From Octopus bimaculoides (Eukaryota), in contig NC_069003.1 of assembly GCF_001194135.2 (NCBI RefSeq), positions 37,200,061-37,264,060 on the forward strand: a DNA stretch of 64,000 bases, given 5' to 3'. Each line of letters begins with the position of its first letter. Position 1 is the stretch's first letter. Under the pieces are notes generated by a model. That model was not told the DNA's origin. It ran no database searches and was given only the letters and a program-made list of their open reading frames with translations. Shown in pieces: positions 13,150 to 26,493 of this stretch. The translations under genes and the position numbers were made by a program.

Positions 13150-13560
13150 GGAATATCGGAATAAGTGGTGACGTCGATGCATAAACTAATATCTATTCGA
13201 ATGTTGATTATTGGAAAATAAGCTGAACACTAGACTAAAACATTTACATTTACACAAAACACAGGATCTGAAGGTCGTCACTTGTCAATATTACACATTA
13301 TGTAAAACCTGTTTCCAACAACAGCAAAACAGCCCGACTGCAAACTATTTGGTCCGGTTACGACGTCGTGTCTTGATCGAAGTGTTAAAAATCCGACGAA
13401 ACTAATGATGAGCTGTGACAGCAATACAGCAAAAACGATTCACAAAATTATGTTAATTTTTACCTTGAGGCAAAACGAAAGGGTTTAAGGCTTTCAGTTG
13501 AGTCCTTCACCTGAAGAGGATCAGAGTTTTAGTAAAACACTACCAACCTTTCGTCTCGGC
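13150..13560 (+). mobile_element. Possible Penelope-like (GIY-YIG) remnant
   Basis: KLNTRLKH segment resembles the xLxTRLKEH of GIY-YIG endonucleases; CCTGAAGAGG near the end; heavily decayed. Confidence 0.25.
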
Positions 13561-14542
13561 GATCCTTGGATTAATATCTCCACATTCACACATCTATCAC
13601 ATGTTATTTTATGTCTGCTGATCGGAGAGGACTCTTTATCGAAGATTTTTTTTTAAATTTATTTTTCGGCTATCAATTGAGAGGTAGTTGTTATATCATA
13701 TATNNNNNNNNNNNNNNNNNNNNNNNNNNNNNNNNNNNNNNNNNNNNNNNNNNNNNNNNNNNNNNNNNNNNNNNNNNNNNNNNNNNNNNNNNNNNNNNNN
13801 NNNNNNNNNNNNNNNNNNNNNNNNNNNNNNNNNNNNNNNNNNNNNNNNNNNNNNNNNNNNNNNNNNNNNNNNNNNNNNNNNNNNNNNNNNNNNNNNNNNN
13901 NNNNNNNNNNNNNNNNNNNNNNNNNNNNNNNNNNNNNNNNNNNNNNNNNNNNNNNNNNNNNNNNNNNNNNNNNNNNNNNNNNNNNNNNNNNNNNNNNNNN
14001 NNNNNNNNNNNNNNNNNNNNNNNNNNNNNNNNNNNNNNNNNNNNNNNNNNNNNNNNNNNNNNNNNNNNNNNNNNNNNNNNNNNNNNNNNNNNNNNNNNNN
14101 NNNNNNNNNNNNNNNNNNNNNNNNNNNNNNNNNNNNNNNNNNNNNNNNNNNNNNNNNNNNNNNNNNNNNNNNNNNNNNNNNNNNNNNNNNNNNNNNNNNN
14201 NNNNNNNNNNNNNNNNNNNNNNNNNNNNNNNNNNNNNNNNNNNNNNNNNNNNNNNNNNNNNNNNNNNNNNNNNNNNNNNNNNNNNNNNNNNNNNNNNNNN
14301 NNNNNNNNNNNNNNNNNNNNNNNNNNNNNNNNNNNNNNNNNNNNNNNNNNNNNNNNNNNNNNNNNNNNNNNNNNNNNNNNNNNNNNNNNNNNNNNNNNNN
14401 NNNNNNNNNNNNNNNNNNNNNNNNNNNNNNNNNNNNNNNNNNNNNNNNNNNNNNNNNNNNNNNNNNNNNNNNNNNNNNNNNNNNNNNNNNNNNNNNNNNN
14501 NNNNNNNNNNNNNNNNNNNNNNNNNNNNNNNNNNNNNNNNNN

Positions 14543-14620
<78 letters not shown>

Positions 14621-14640
14621 CGTGTGTGCGTGCGCGAATG
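14543..14640. repeat. (TG)n microsatellite at a gap edge
   Basis: Direct observation. Confidence 0.95.
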
Positions 14641-15898
14641 CGTGTTCTCGGTAGCTTTAAGCAAAGTTTATACTAAGAAGGAATAGATTTTCTAACAAAA
14701 CCAACAACAGAGATTTCCAAATTAGTTTTAAATGATTGCAAACTAAAAAAACGAAAAGAAAAAAGTCCAACGGATTCAAGTTTAGGATTAACTCAAGTTT
14801 CTAAAAAGTAGCGAAAAGCTTTCAAAAATAAGTGGATTGTGTTTGAAAGAAGCCCAAAATGAATATTTTGCTAAATTAATAGAGCGCGCGCGCGTGTTTA
14901 TATGAAGTTACATACAAAAACAATTGAACATTAAACTGATGGCCAACTCAGTAGATTACATATTTATCAACTTCTACAAGGAAAAGGTTGAGAGTGACTT
15001 GGAAGTTTCGGCCTGCTTGCCTTCGTCATACTTTACCTGGATTCTTATTGACTTTATATAGTTTTTGGTAAGATATTTTCTGGTGTGGGGTAAATAGGGA
15101 AAATAGCTTATGTAGGAAGGGGGAGAACTGAGGAGGAAAGGAGAGTGTGATTGTAGGGTATAGTGTGATATAAAGTCATAACGAGATTTAGTCTGGTTTG
15201 ATACAGGAATTGTTGTTGTTTAGGGTTCAGTCAAGCGTGAAAGTAAAGGTATAAACAGATGCGCCAAATGCAGCTGACGACATTCTTTGTATAGAAAGTT
15301 GGGTTTTGTTGTGATTTAGGGTAAAGTGCAGTGATGAAGGCGAACAAGCCGCGACTTCGAAGTCACTGTTTCTTTGTATGTGTGTATATGTATGTGTGCC
15401 CCTAGTCTGAATGAGTGAAATGTGTGTTTTCTGGAATGGGATAGCGAAACGGTATGAACGCCACAAAACCCTATTGTGCAATAATTCTAGCGCAATACAT
15501 ATTTATGTGAACACATAAATATGTATTGCGTTTAAGTGATAGTGTCAGATCGTTTATTGATGCATTTGAATATTAAGCAATGCATGTTAATATCCAAATA
15601 ACTTGCTAAAAAGGCGACATTTCANNNNNNNNNNNNNNNNNNNNNNNNNNNNNNNNNNNNNNNNNNNNNNNNNNNNNNNNNNNNNNNNNNNNNNNNNNNN
15701 NNNNNNNNNNNNNNNNNNNNNNNNNNNNNNNNNNNNNNNNNNNAATATTATTTAGCTTAATAATTATTGATAGAATAAATTCAAACTTTCGTTTCTCCGA
15801 TGCCAGAGTGGACAGTGAAGCAATCAATCAAACAAACCAGACAATACGGTGGCACATAATTTTCTGGTGGCTGGATTTTATAGTAATACAAGCCGAAG

Positions 15899-15953
15899 AT
15901 GATGATAACGATGGTGGTGGTGGTGATGGTGGTGGTGGTGATGGTGGTGGTGA
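15899..15953. repeat. (GGT/GAT)n trinucleotide repeat
   Basis: Direct observation. Confidence 0.9.
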
Positions 15954-16826
15954 TAACATCTCGTTATTTCCCACCAGTCGTTGTTAGCTCTTAGTGTTCT
16001 TTTCAAAATTTATTGTTTTAAAAGCTTAATCAAAAGAGGAAGAGCAGAGCTCATAACCCTTTTCAGAAGTTTCCATGATCGGTGGAGCAGGGATTTGGTC
16101 AATAGCGTGACGGGGATAGGGCGAGAAGGGCGAAGCTTTTATTAAGGGCGTAACTGTTAGGTCTGTATAAGCCTGTATATGCTTGAGGGCACGGGGAGGA
16201 GGGAACGGTAAACGCAAGGGCTTCCCCAGGCGGAGCACACTCAAGCTTCTCCACTGCAACTGGTCAGATATTTGCAACAAAGTGAGAAATGCATCCAAGG
16301 ACCTGGCGATTGGTGCAGAACCGTATGACGGATTGAATCCATAAGTCACAGATAGAAGCGGCCCTTGCGAGGGGCTGCAGGGCATTTGTCACCTCTACCA
16401 AATGTGTGTGCGCTACTGTCGCTTTGCCTTCACATCACGTGATAGTTTTACGCAAGTGTCACCGTCATGCAAGCGGTGTCCTCTATTCCCAGTATTCCGT
16501 GACAAACATGTCTCGCCATAAGGAAATATTACCTTGCTTGAAAACAGGTGGGGATTGGCGACAGGAAAGGCATCCGGCTGTAGAAAATTCGTCTCGACAA
16601 ATTCCCTCCGACTCATGCCAGCATGGAAAAGTGAACATGAAGACAATGATGATCACGCAAACGTACGCACACACACACAGAAGGTTAGATAGCATGCGTG
16701 GTTAATTCAACTGTGGATCAATCATACTTTCCCCCGTTGCTGTAGTTCTTCCAATTAAACAGCAGACGAAACATCTACATTACCAGACTTGAATTACTCG
16801 TTTATTTTAATCCTTGATTCGCAAGC

Positions 16827-16867
<41 letters not shown>

Positions 16868-17866
16868 AAGAGTAGATCGAATCGTGAAGTTTGGCGAGGG
16901 CTTCAGCTCTACCTTCCTAACTATACTCTGTGATAACGAATTACAAATAAAATGATTTGAGATGAGGCCTCTTGGCAATGTTAAATGGTCAAATGTCACA
17001 GCGTTGGTGACTGGACATGAATCACAGACAAGCTGATGGTACTTAGCCATCTGCAGTTGACCGTCATTAAAGGGAGAGAGGCCTCAAGTGTCGAACCGAA
17101 AGTAAATATTTAGACGAAAAGAAGGCTCGTTAAAATATATGTTAGAAGTGGAAAAGTGATGGAAGAAAAAAAGAATATCTGATGAATAATCATTTTCTCA
17201 AGAATTATAAATTCAGGTTCAAAAGCGTTTCTCTTGTGGGTACACAAAATATTCTTACATTCTCACACCTTATTCTGTATTAAGGGTTTTTTTTTTTAAT
17301 AAATAAGTTTTACGCATGAACAGTGAGAATAAAACTATTTTCTCATTTCAAATCCACTATATTTAAAAAGTATTTAATTAACAATTGATTACATGACATT
17401 GCTTACATTATATATGCTTGCTTTTTTTTTTTAAGGTCGGACTTAAATTGATACACATAATAGGGCAAGAAGCGCATACATACAATTTCAGAGCAACATT
17501 CCTACACACTCACACTAAACACACATATTTATATATATACACACACACACACATCTGATTGCGCGCTCGCATTCATATATAACAAACATCTATGCAAAAT
17601 ATATATAATTTTTATAAGTAGATTTAAACAAAAATATAAGCATAAGCATAAAAAAAACAGTGTTCGGTTGCAAAAAGAATATAGAAAGAACATCATTTAG
17701 ATTCTGATGTGTGTTTGGTTTAATTAATTCCTCAAAATCACACGAAACTGCAGCCAAAATTAACGAAAACTGACCGACATATTCTGATCTTTTTTTTAAT
17801 TTTCTTTCTGGTCACAACTGTATTCCGATAGTAACCGACTAGGTATGGAGTACAGCGAATAAACAG

Positions 17867-17904
<38 letters not shown>

Positions 17905-17963
17905 NNNNNNNNNNNNNNNNNNNNNGTCAATAAATATATATATATATATATGTGTGTGTGTGT

Positions 17964-17999
<36 letters not shown>

Positions 18000-19249
18000 C
18001 ACTGTATAAGCTTGTATTACAGGCACTATATTACCAGTTCCTCGCTATGTATTTATGTACTTATATTGTAGAGAACATATACTACTAAACACTCTCATAG
18101 TCAGCAATATTTGGTATTTGAGAAGATTCGAAAGAAGACCAACTGAAAGAATTCGATATGATTATACCTGTGACACATACACATTTTTAAAACAATAAAT
18201 ATCAAATAATAATAATAATAATATTTCTACGGGGGGGGGGCAGATGAAGAAGAGGAGGGGTTGGAAAAGTAAGGGGAATGGAGGTCGAAATAGAAGAATT
18301 TTTGTTTTTTTTTTGTTTTTTAATGCAAAATAGCATAAATGCTACTGTAGTGGGTGGGGTGCAAAGAAATTATAATGATTGGAGTAAGAAGTGATTGCAA
18401 GTTTGGATTGGGATGCAGTGACAATTATGCTCGCTTCTTTCATTTCATCTCCCTCCCTCCCTCCGTCTCTCTCTCTCTCTCTCTTTTTTTCCACATACAT
18501 ACACACACACATAGAAGCATAAAGTCTTGAAACTTGGCTGGTCGTATTTTACACAAAATTATGTTGCAAGCAAATACGTAACGACTTCATATTTGACGTC
18601 TGATGTAGTTGATGGTGATGATGATAACTATGACGGCGGCAGCGGGCGCACGCGCGTATTTGCATGTATGTATTCGTGTTGACACACACACATTGATGTT
18701 ACATACATGCATAGATAGATAGATAGGTGGATGGATAGACAAAGAACGTATGCTCTGAGTGTATGCATCGTGTAGAAGTCCTTTTCGTGTACCACTACAC
18801 CTTGTGACGCTCGTGTGTGTATGTATGGATGGATGGTATAGTGTGTGTGAGTGCGCGCGCACGGGCACAGGTGGTGTGAAGCACTACATACAAAGAACAC
18901 TACACCTTCTTACCCGGAGTCTCTGTCTGTGTAGGTATGGTATGTGTTTCCACGCCCTCCTCCTCTTCTTCTAATTCACGGCTGAAATACTGTTCATCTT
19001 CCGAAACATGTCCGTCATACACCAGATATCCGGGTAAACGGCAAGCAGAGAAAACGACAACGGAGTATTTGAGTACATGGTATACACACCGGCTGCAACT
19101 GGTTAAGGTTGATGGATGGATGTATACGAGTGCGTTCAGACAGCTGTATGTCCGTGTATGCGATGGGTATCAACTGCACAAGTGTCCATAAATCAGATGA
19201 AACATGTTCCAAATGACAACGGAACTGTGCGGTTAGTATTGGCGAATGT

Positions 19250-19700
19250 GAGGGAGAGAGAGAGACAAGTGCTTGTAACGTACCGAAAACGAGGTAGAGA
19301 AATGAGGAAGACTGGGCGAAAAGAGTGTGTTTGCATTTATGGGGGAGGGTAGTAGGTGGGAAAAGAGATAACGAGAGAGGGAGAGAGAGATTGAGGAAGG
19401 GTGGAAGAGAGAAAGTGTGGAAATGAACGAGATAAGAAGATCGGTAGAGCGCGTGAGATAGGAAAGTGAAGAGAGTACGAATGAATGAAAGTTGGATGTG
19501 AGAGAGGTTGAGAAGAGAGAGAGAGAGAAGAGAACACGAGGAAAAATAAAGAGAGAAAAAGAATCTAAATAAAAGAACGGGAGAGAGCTCGAGTGAGAAA
19601 GTGAAAGAGGAAGAAAAAATAAGTTGAAGGAGGAGGAGGGGAAGAATGGAAAGAGAGAGAGAGAGAAGAGAAGAGGCAGAAAAGCAAGAGAATATATACG
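19250..19700 (+). repeat. Long purine-rich (GA-rich) low-complexity tract
   Basis: The + strand is overwhelmingly A/G for about 450 nt. Confidence 0.85.
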
Positions 19701-20291
19701 AAGGTAAAATACTAGGTAAAATACTACGAAGGTAAAATACTAGTAATCCAATATTTTGGATTACTAACTGAAGAGACAAAGCTCACGCTCTAACCTCCCT
19801 AATTTTGAAGGTGCCACTCATTGCAATCTGTAATGGTGTAAATTGTGTGATTAATGTTTCGTTAGTTTATACAGTAATGAGTTTAAGTACCAGAAATCTA
19901 ATGCACCAAACTCAAATGTATTCACTTCACCAAAGATTTAATAGAAAAGCAAAAAAACAAAAACATTCTGGAATCACGAGCATCACCTAAAAACACAGTG
20001 GTTAATGAAACAGACAGAACCAAAAGATTTCAAGTTCAAGTTCTGTTTGAGTCAAAGAGTAGAGAGACGACCAGCATTTGTGAAGAGGGTGAACAAAGAA
20101 AGCATGCATCACATGACCTGTAAAACGACTTCGGCAGCCAAAATCCATGGCGCTTTGTCAAGCAGAGCTCGATGAACCATGTAGAATCATCTGGTTACTC
20201 AATTCATAGGATTCTCTCAGAAATTAATCCATCAACAAATCCCTCCATATTCTGCTACTCACTGCTTCCAATTAAGTGCTCCACATTTCTT

Positions 20292-20545
20292 CTGGTTAAA
20301 ATGTCACAGGAAAGGGCTACAAGGTAGATTCCTGAAGCGAAGCCAACTGGCAAGAAGAGATCTAGCAGCAGACCAAGAATGAGATGGTTGGATGACATCC
20401 ATAGTCTCAGCTGGATACACTTGGGGATCCAGCCAAAAAGTGTGATGACAGTTGTTTCTGATAAAACCCTATGGAGGAGGTGCCTGAGGACCCTACCCCC
20501 ATGACCCTTTTAGGAAAAGTGGGCAGCAAAAGTGGATGGATGGAT
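20292..20545 (+). mobile_element. RTE-clade (Rex3/Expander-like) LINE 3' end with (GGAT)n tail
   Basis: LVKMSQERATR*IPEAKPTGKKRSSSRPRMRWLDDIHSLSWIHLGIQPKSVMTVVSDKTLWRRCLRTLPP*P, followed by AAAAGTGGATGGATGGAT. Confidence 0.75.
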
Positions 20546-20749
20546 ATATCTTGTTTGTCTTTCAGTTATCCATAAGACAAGCCATCCGTTAGTACAGGCT
20601 CCAGAAATCTTTTCCACCTTCAGTCTTCCAGTTTTCCTAGAAATTCTTGGACCAGAAGATGTAATGGTCTCTGATATATATGTATATATATATATATATA
20701 TATAAAAACACATTATTTATTTAACATTATGACTATAGTGAAGATGGTC

Positions 20750-20975
20750 AACTGGCAGACATGTTAGCATGCTGGGCGAAATGCTTAGCAGTATTTCGTG
20801 TGTTTCCTTGTCTCCATGGAAACATGTCTGACCAAGAGGAAATATTATCTTGCTTTAAAATAGTTGAGTGTTAGCAACAGGCATTTGCCCATAGAAGATA
20901 TACCTTTGCTTCAACAAATTCCACCTGAGCTATATTTGTAGAGAAAAGTGGACATTAAAACAATAATGATGATGA
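20750..20975 (+). mobile_element. SINE (A head + C-type tail)
   Basis: CTGGCAGACATGTTAGCATGCTGGGCGAAATGCTTAGCAG head, then GGAAATATTATCTTGC...GTGGACATTAAAACAATAATGATG. Confidence 0.6.
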
Positions 20976-21171
20976 TATGTGTGTGTGTGTGTGTGTGTGT
21001 GTGTATAATCTGGAGAGGAGTACCAATGTTCCCATGTGGCGAGCTTGATAATCGTTGAGAGGTTTCTCTCTACATGAAACCATTGATAGCCTTGTTAACC
21101 AACAAATAAACAATATTTATTAAACAACATGGCACTGAGCAATCATTCTCACTCTTCAATATCAACATATA

Positions 21172-21213
<42 letters not shown>

Positions 21214-21784
21214 GTCTCAAACATGGTGCAACACATTCCTGATTTATTAAAATTGTCTCCACCTCAAGAAGAAGTGTCATAATTACCAAATGACAATAAA
21301 GACCAACTCCACCTGAGAAGAGGAGAAAATGTAGAGAATCAAGAATTACTTAAAAACTGGATTGCTATCAAGAATAAGGACAGGTTTATTGTCTGGAAAT
21401 AAGGGAACAGTTGTTTGTGCCTCAACAGGCAATACCAGCAGATCAGAAGCCAAGGGACTTAGACTTATATGAAAAGAGTTCAAAGACGGTTATGGCCCAA
21501 GTAATCTACATAATTTAATCAAAAATGAGTTAGGGGAAGTAACTCAGTGGCCAAGGAATTGTATTTGACTGACAGAGACAAAATACAGATGTATCAAATA
21601 CCATACAACATAAATTCCTGGTTAATTAAAATCATCTTTGCATCTTGCAGATATGTCGCAATTACCAAACAGCAATTAAGACGAGCTTCAATAAACCTGG
21701 GCATTTGGTAATTATGATAAATCCTCTACACTTAAGAGATAATCTAATTTTTATAAATTAGGATTTTGTTATATAGTATTTAAT

Positions 21785-21829
<45 letters not shown>

Positions 21830-22336
21830 NNNNNNNNNNNNNNNNNNNNNNNNNNNNNNNNNNNNNNNNNNNNNNNNNNNNNNNNNNNNNNNNNNNNNNN
21901 NNNNNNNNNNNNNNNNNNNNNNNNNNNNNNNNNNNNNNNNNNNNNNNNNNNNNNNNNNNNNNNNNNNNNNNNNNNNNNNNNNNNNNNNNNNNNNNNNNNN
22001 NNNNNNNNNNNNNNNNNNNNNNNNNNNNNNNNNNNNNNNNNNNNNNNNNNNNNNNNNNNNNNNNNNNNNNNNNNNNNNNNNNNNNNNNNNNNNNNNNNNN
22101 NNNNNNNNNNNNNNNNNNNNNNNNNNNNNNNNNNNNNNNNNNNNNNNNNNNNNNNNNNNNNNNNNNNNNNNNNNNNNNNNNNNNNNNNNNNNNNNNNNNN
22201 NNNNNNNNNNNNNNNNNNNNNNNNNNNNNNNNNNNNNNNNNNNNNNNNNNNNNNNNNNNNNNNNNNNNNNNNNNNNNNNNNNNNNNNNNNNNNNNNNNNN
22301 NNNNNNNNNNNNNNNNNNNNNNNNNNNNNNNNNNNN

Positions 22337-22375
<39 letters not shown>

Positions 22376-23828
22376 GAGGGTGGGAGAGAGAGAGACAGAG
22401 AGGGAGAAGTCGCTTATAATCAGGATGTAATGGAACAGTTATTTTATCAAAATCATTGAACCACAAACATGCTCAGGATATTTATATTCTCTGCTGGTTA
22501 TTGTTATCGGCTCTGTCCTATAGTTTTCACAATGACTTCTAGCGTATACAAGTGTGTGTATGTGTGTGTAGAACCGTGCTACAAGTTACACACTATATAT
22601 GTTGCTTTCAGCACTTGGTTTGAAACTGCGACCTACTCCTATCTGCATTGTCTGTATTTTGTAGACACTTTCTTGATTTTGATTTTTGGAGTTTTTGCAC
22701 CATGAGACGGAGTTTTATCTCCTAATTGCATGGATAGTCTCAATTGATCAAAATTTTTTCGATCACTGTGTTGTGCATGTGACACTCTACCTTGTCACTG
22801 CTCCTCAATCAGGTCACTTAAGACAACAAAAAGTCAGTCTCCACGAAGGCTGTGCTGGCGTCAGAGACAAATTGTAGTTTTTGTGGTGATTTTCAAGGAC
22901 CAGAGACCACTTGGTGACAGACGTGCAACCCTCTAAAACAATCTTGGTCTTTGAAAACGGAACGCGTGAATATTTTGGAAGACTGAGATTGAAAGTGATG
23001 AAAGATGTTTGTTTACGTCGGTTTCCATCACGTTTGATGTGGTTCAACAATCGTTAAGTCACAGGTCAGCTCTGGCCAAGCAGATATAGAGTCTAAGGCA
23101 CTCCAGCTGTGATTGAACCAACTTATTAATAGACACGGCATAGTATCTAAGACATCCAGTGTACCTCTCTTAAGATGATTAGGTGTGATTCGGGGGATAT
23201 CTGGTTACTATTTCTAGTAGATGGAACGATTACAAAGAATATCCGTCTCCGGTTCGGTGGAAACTGGTTTTGAAGGAAATGGAAAACATATTATCAGACA
23301 GAATCCGTTACTTTTGTGGCGGATGTAGCTCAGTTTTTGACTCAACATGCACCACCCCTCACCACTTCTCTCTCTATGTATGTGTATACGCGCGTATGTG
23401 TGTGTGTGTGTATACAGATACTGACCATATTACCATACGAAATATCAATTAGATTTCCTGCTATGGAAAGAAAAATACAGATGGATTCAACAATTTATTC
23501 CATGTGTCTCATAACACCTTGGAATACACGGGGAAAAGGCAATGAAGTCTATTCTAATAAATGCGTGTGTGTGTGTGTGTGTGTGTACATACATATATTA
23601 GTAATGAAAATCTGCAAGAACTACGAATTCGTACGAAATGAAATCACAACTAGTTGTAATATTAGCTACTTTTTTGAAACAATCAGACAACGACTTGAAC
23701 ATTTGATTCCGTTTCCAATCACACAACTATTAATATAATATCAATAACATACCGTTTCTGGGTCGTCGAGATCCAGGATTGAATTTTAAACTCCTTCACC
23801 TGCAGCTTTAAACACTCTTTTCTGCCTT

Positions 23829-23841
23829 ATATATATGTATA

Positions 23842-23914
<73 letters not shown>
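23829..23914. repeat. (TA)n microsatellite
   Basis: Direct observation; many more (TA)n runs flank N-gaps. Confidence 0.95.
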
Positions 23915-23916
<2 letters not shown>

Positions 23917-24673
23917 TGTTACTTTCCTTTATGTATATAGAATTATTTTCTTTCAGGAATTTCCTCGTGTAGATATACGATTTAATAACATGGTGATTGT
24001 TAGCGTGTTTCTATGTATTAATATATACATATTATTATATATAAATATATATATAAATATGTATATATATATAAGAAATATGTGTATGTATATATATATA
24101 TATTTAGTTATGTCTATGAAATGTACAATATAAATACGTGCTGTAGCGACAGAGAAGCGAAACAAGCAAAACTCGCAGCGAATGTCACAAGGAAATAAAA
24201 AAATATATATAATAATCTATCTACGAAAATGTAGCGATCAATTAAACCATGATGACGGTGATATTTAATGGGAAAATATTCGATTTCGAAATATCTAAAT
24301 ATATATTAAAAATGAAAGAGTTTATATTTTAAGGACTGCCCAGGGTTTTCGTGTCTTTCATTCAAGGGTTAAAGTGTTTTTTTTTTTGTTTCCATAAACT
24401 CGACCTGACCCGGAAGTTATACGAGATTCGTTATTCGCACGCACACTGCTCACATTATCATATAGTGTGTGTGTGTAGATGTATTGAGTCCTATATTCTT
24501 GCTTGGATCAAAAACCTATACTCACACACACACATATATATATACACACACACATTACTTATCTATTTGTATTCATATAATGCACTTTGTGTATGTGTGT
24601 ATAAATACATTATCCATCTATATATGGTTCAAATGTACAAAAAACAAGACAGGTGAGGGAACAACAAGCAAGT

Positions 24674-24724
<51 letters not shown>

Positions 24725-25496
24725 NNNNNNNNNNNNNNNNNNNNNNNNNNNNNNNNNNNNNNNNNNNNNNNNNNNNNNNNNNNNNNNNNNNNNNNNNNNN
24801 NNNNNNNNNNNNNNNNNNNNNNNNNNNNNNNNNNNNNNNNNNNNNNNNNNNNNNNNNNNNNNNNNNNNNNNNNNNNNNNNNNNNNNNNNNNNNNNNNNNN
24901 NNNNNNNNNNNNNNNNNNNNNNNNNNNNNNNNNNNNNNNNNNNNNNNNNNNNNNNNNNNNNNNNNNNNNNNNNNNNNNNNNNNNNNNNNNNNNNNNNNNN
25001 NNNNNNNNNNNNNNNNNNNNNNNNNNNNNNNNNNNNNNNNNNNNNNNNNNNNNNNNNNNNNNNNNNNNNNNNNNNNNNNNNNNNNNNNNNNNNNNNNNNN
25101 NNNNNNNNNNNNNNNNNNNNNNNNNNNNNNNNNNNNNNNNNNNNNNNNNNNNNNNNNNNNNNNNNNNNNNNNNNNNNNNNNNNNNNNNNNNNNNNNNNNN
25201 NNNNNNNNNNNNNNNNNNNNNNNNNNNNNNNNNNNNNNNNNNNNNNNNNNNNNNNNNNNNNNNNNNNNNNNNNNNNNNNNNNNNNNNNNNNNNNNNNNNN
25301 NNNNNNNNNNNNNNNNNNNNNNNNNNNNNNNNNNNNNNNNNNNNNNNNNNNNNNNNNNNNNNNNNNNNNNNNNNNNNNNNNNNNNNNNNNNNNNNNNNNN
25401 NNNNNNNNNNNNNNNNNNNNNNNNNNNNNNAACTGAAAGAAGCCTGTCGTATATATGTATATATAAATATGTATGTGTGTATGTGTTTGTATGTCT

Positions 25497-25687
25497 GTGT
25501 TTGTCCCCCGAACATCGCTTGACAACCGTTGCTGGTGTGTTTACGTCCCCGTAACTTAGCGGTTCGGCAAAAGAGACCGAAAGAATAAGTACTAGGCTTC
25601 CAAAGAATAAGTCCTGGGGTCGATTTGCTCGACTAAAGGCGGTGCTCCAGCATGGCCACAGTCAAAAGACTGAAACAAGTAAAAGAG
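25497..25687 (+). mobile_element. SINE B-tail copy (left arm of inverted pair), CpG intact
   Basis: CATCGCTTGACAAC...GTAACTTAGCGGTTCGGCAAAAGAGACCG...GACTGAAACAAGTAAAAGAG. Confidence 0.85.
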
Positions 25688-25730
25688 TATATATATATAT
25701 ATATATAAATATATATATATGTTTATATAT

Positions 25731-25925
25731 TCTTTTACCTGTTAATCATTTGGCTGCGGCCATGCTGGAGCACCGCCACTAATCGAACAAATCGACCTCA
25801 GGACTTATTCTGTGCAATCCTAGTACTTATTCTATCGGTTTATTTTGCCGAACCGCTAAGTTACGGGGAAGTAAACACACCAACACCGGTGTCAGACGAT
25901 GGTGGAAGGACAAACACAAACACAC
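25731..25925 (-). mobile_element. SINE B-tail copy (right arm of inverted pair)
   Basis: TCTTTTACCTG...GCCATGCTGGAGCACCGCC...TTTGCCGAACCGCTAAGTTACGGGG. Confidence 0.85.
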
Positions 25926-26108
25926 ATATATATACATTCTTTTACTTGCTTCAGTCATTAAACTATGGCCATGCTGGAGCACCGCCTTGAAGAGTTTAGT
26001 CGTTGATCAAGTTGATCTTAGTATTTAAAGTCTGGTGTGTTGTTGAACCGCCAGATTACCGAAACGTAAACAAACCAACATTTGTTGTAGCCATCTATCT
26101 ATTAGTCT

Positions 26109-26150
<42 letters not shown>

Positions 26151-26493
26151 AATCTGAACTCTCATTTAAAATAATTGCATTTTGTTCATTCCCATTCATT
26201 TCAATTGCTCTGAGTTAAACACTCTTCACGCTTTGTGAGGTATCCAGTTCCTATCTTATCGAAAACACGTTATCTTTCAGTAGCTCATAGCATTTTGCTG
26301 CTATTATTACAATTTTTTTCTTTTATTTCCATCCACGACAATTCTAAAAATAACAAATAAGAAAAAAGCAGACGCCCGAGGAAGCGAATTTAAAGAAAGG
26401 TAACTCTTGATAGTAAAGGCCGACTATATATTATGAAAGTTATCAATTCTTCTATATTATTCTCTTTGCAGCCATTATTTCTAGTTTACTTGA

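Noticed and set aside
13611-14686. Long ORFs of 300+ aa in the ORF track spanning N runs (also at 21.8, 24.6, 28.7 and 46.2 kb)
   Set aside because: They consist of X residues and microsatellite translations (YIYI, CVCV, HTHT).
16026-16385. 119-aa Pro-rich minus-strand ORF in a GC-richer block
   Set aside because: No recognisable motif or splice context; adjacent to a SINE; probably TE-derived.
19015-19779. 254-aa minus-strand ORF
   Set aside because: L/S/F low-complexity translation of a polypyrimidine strand; no domain.
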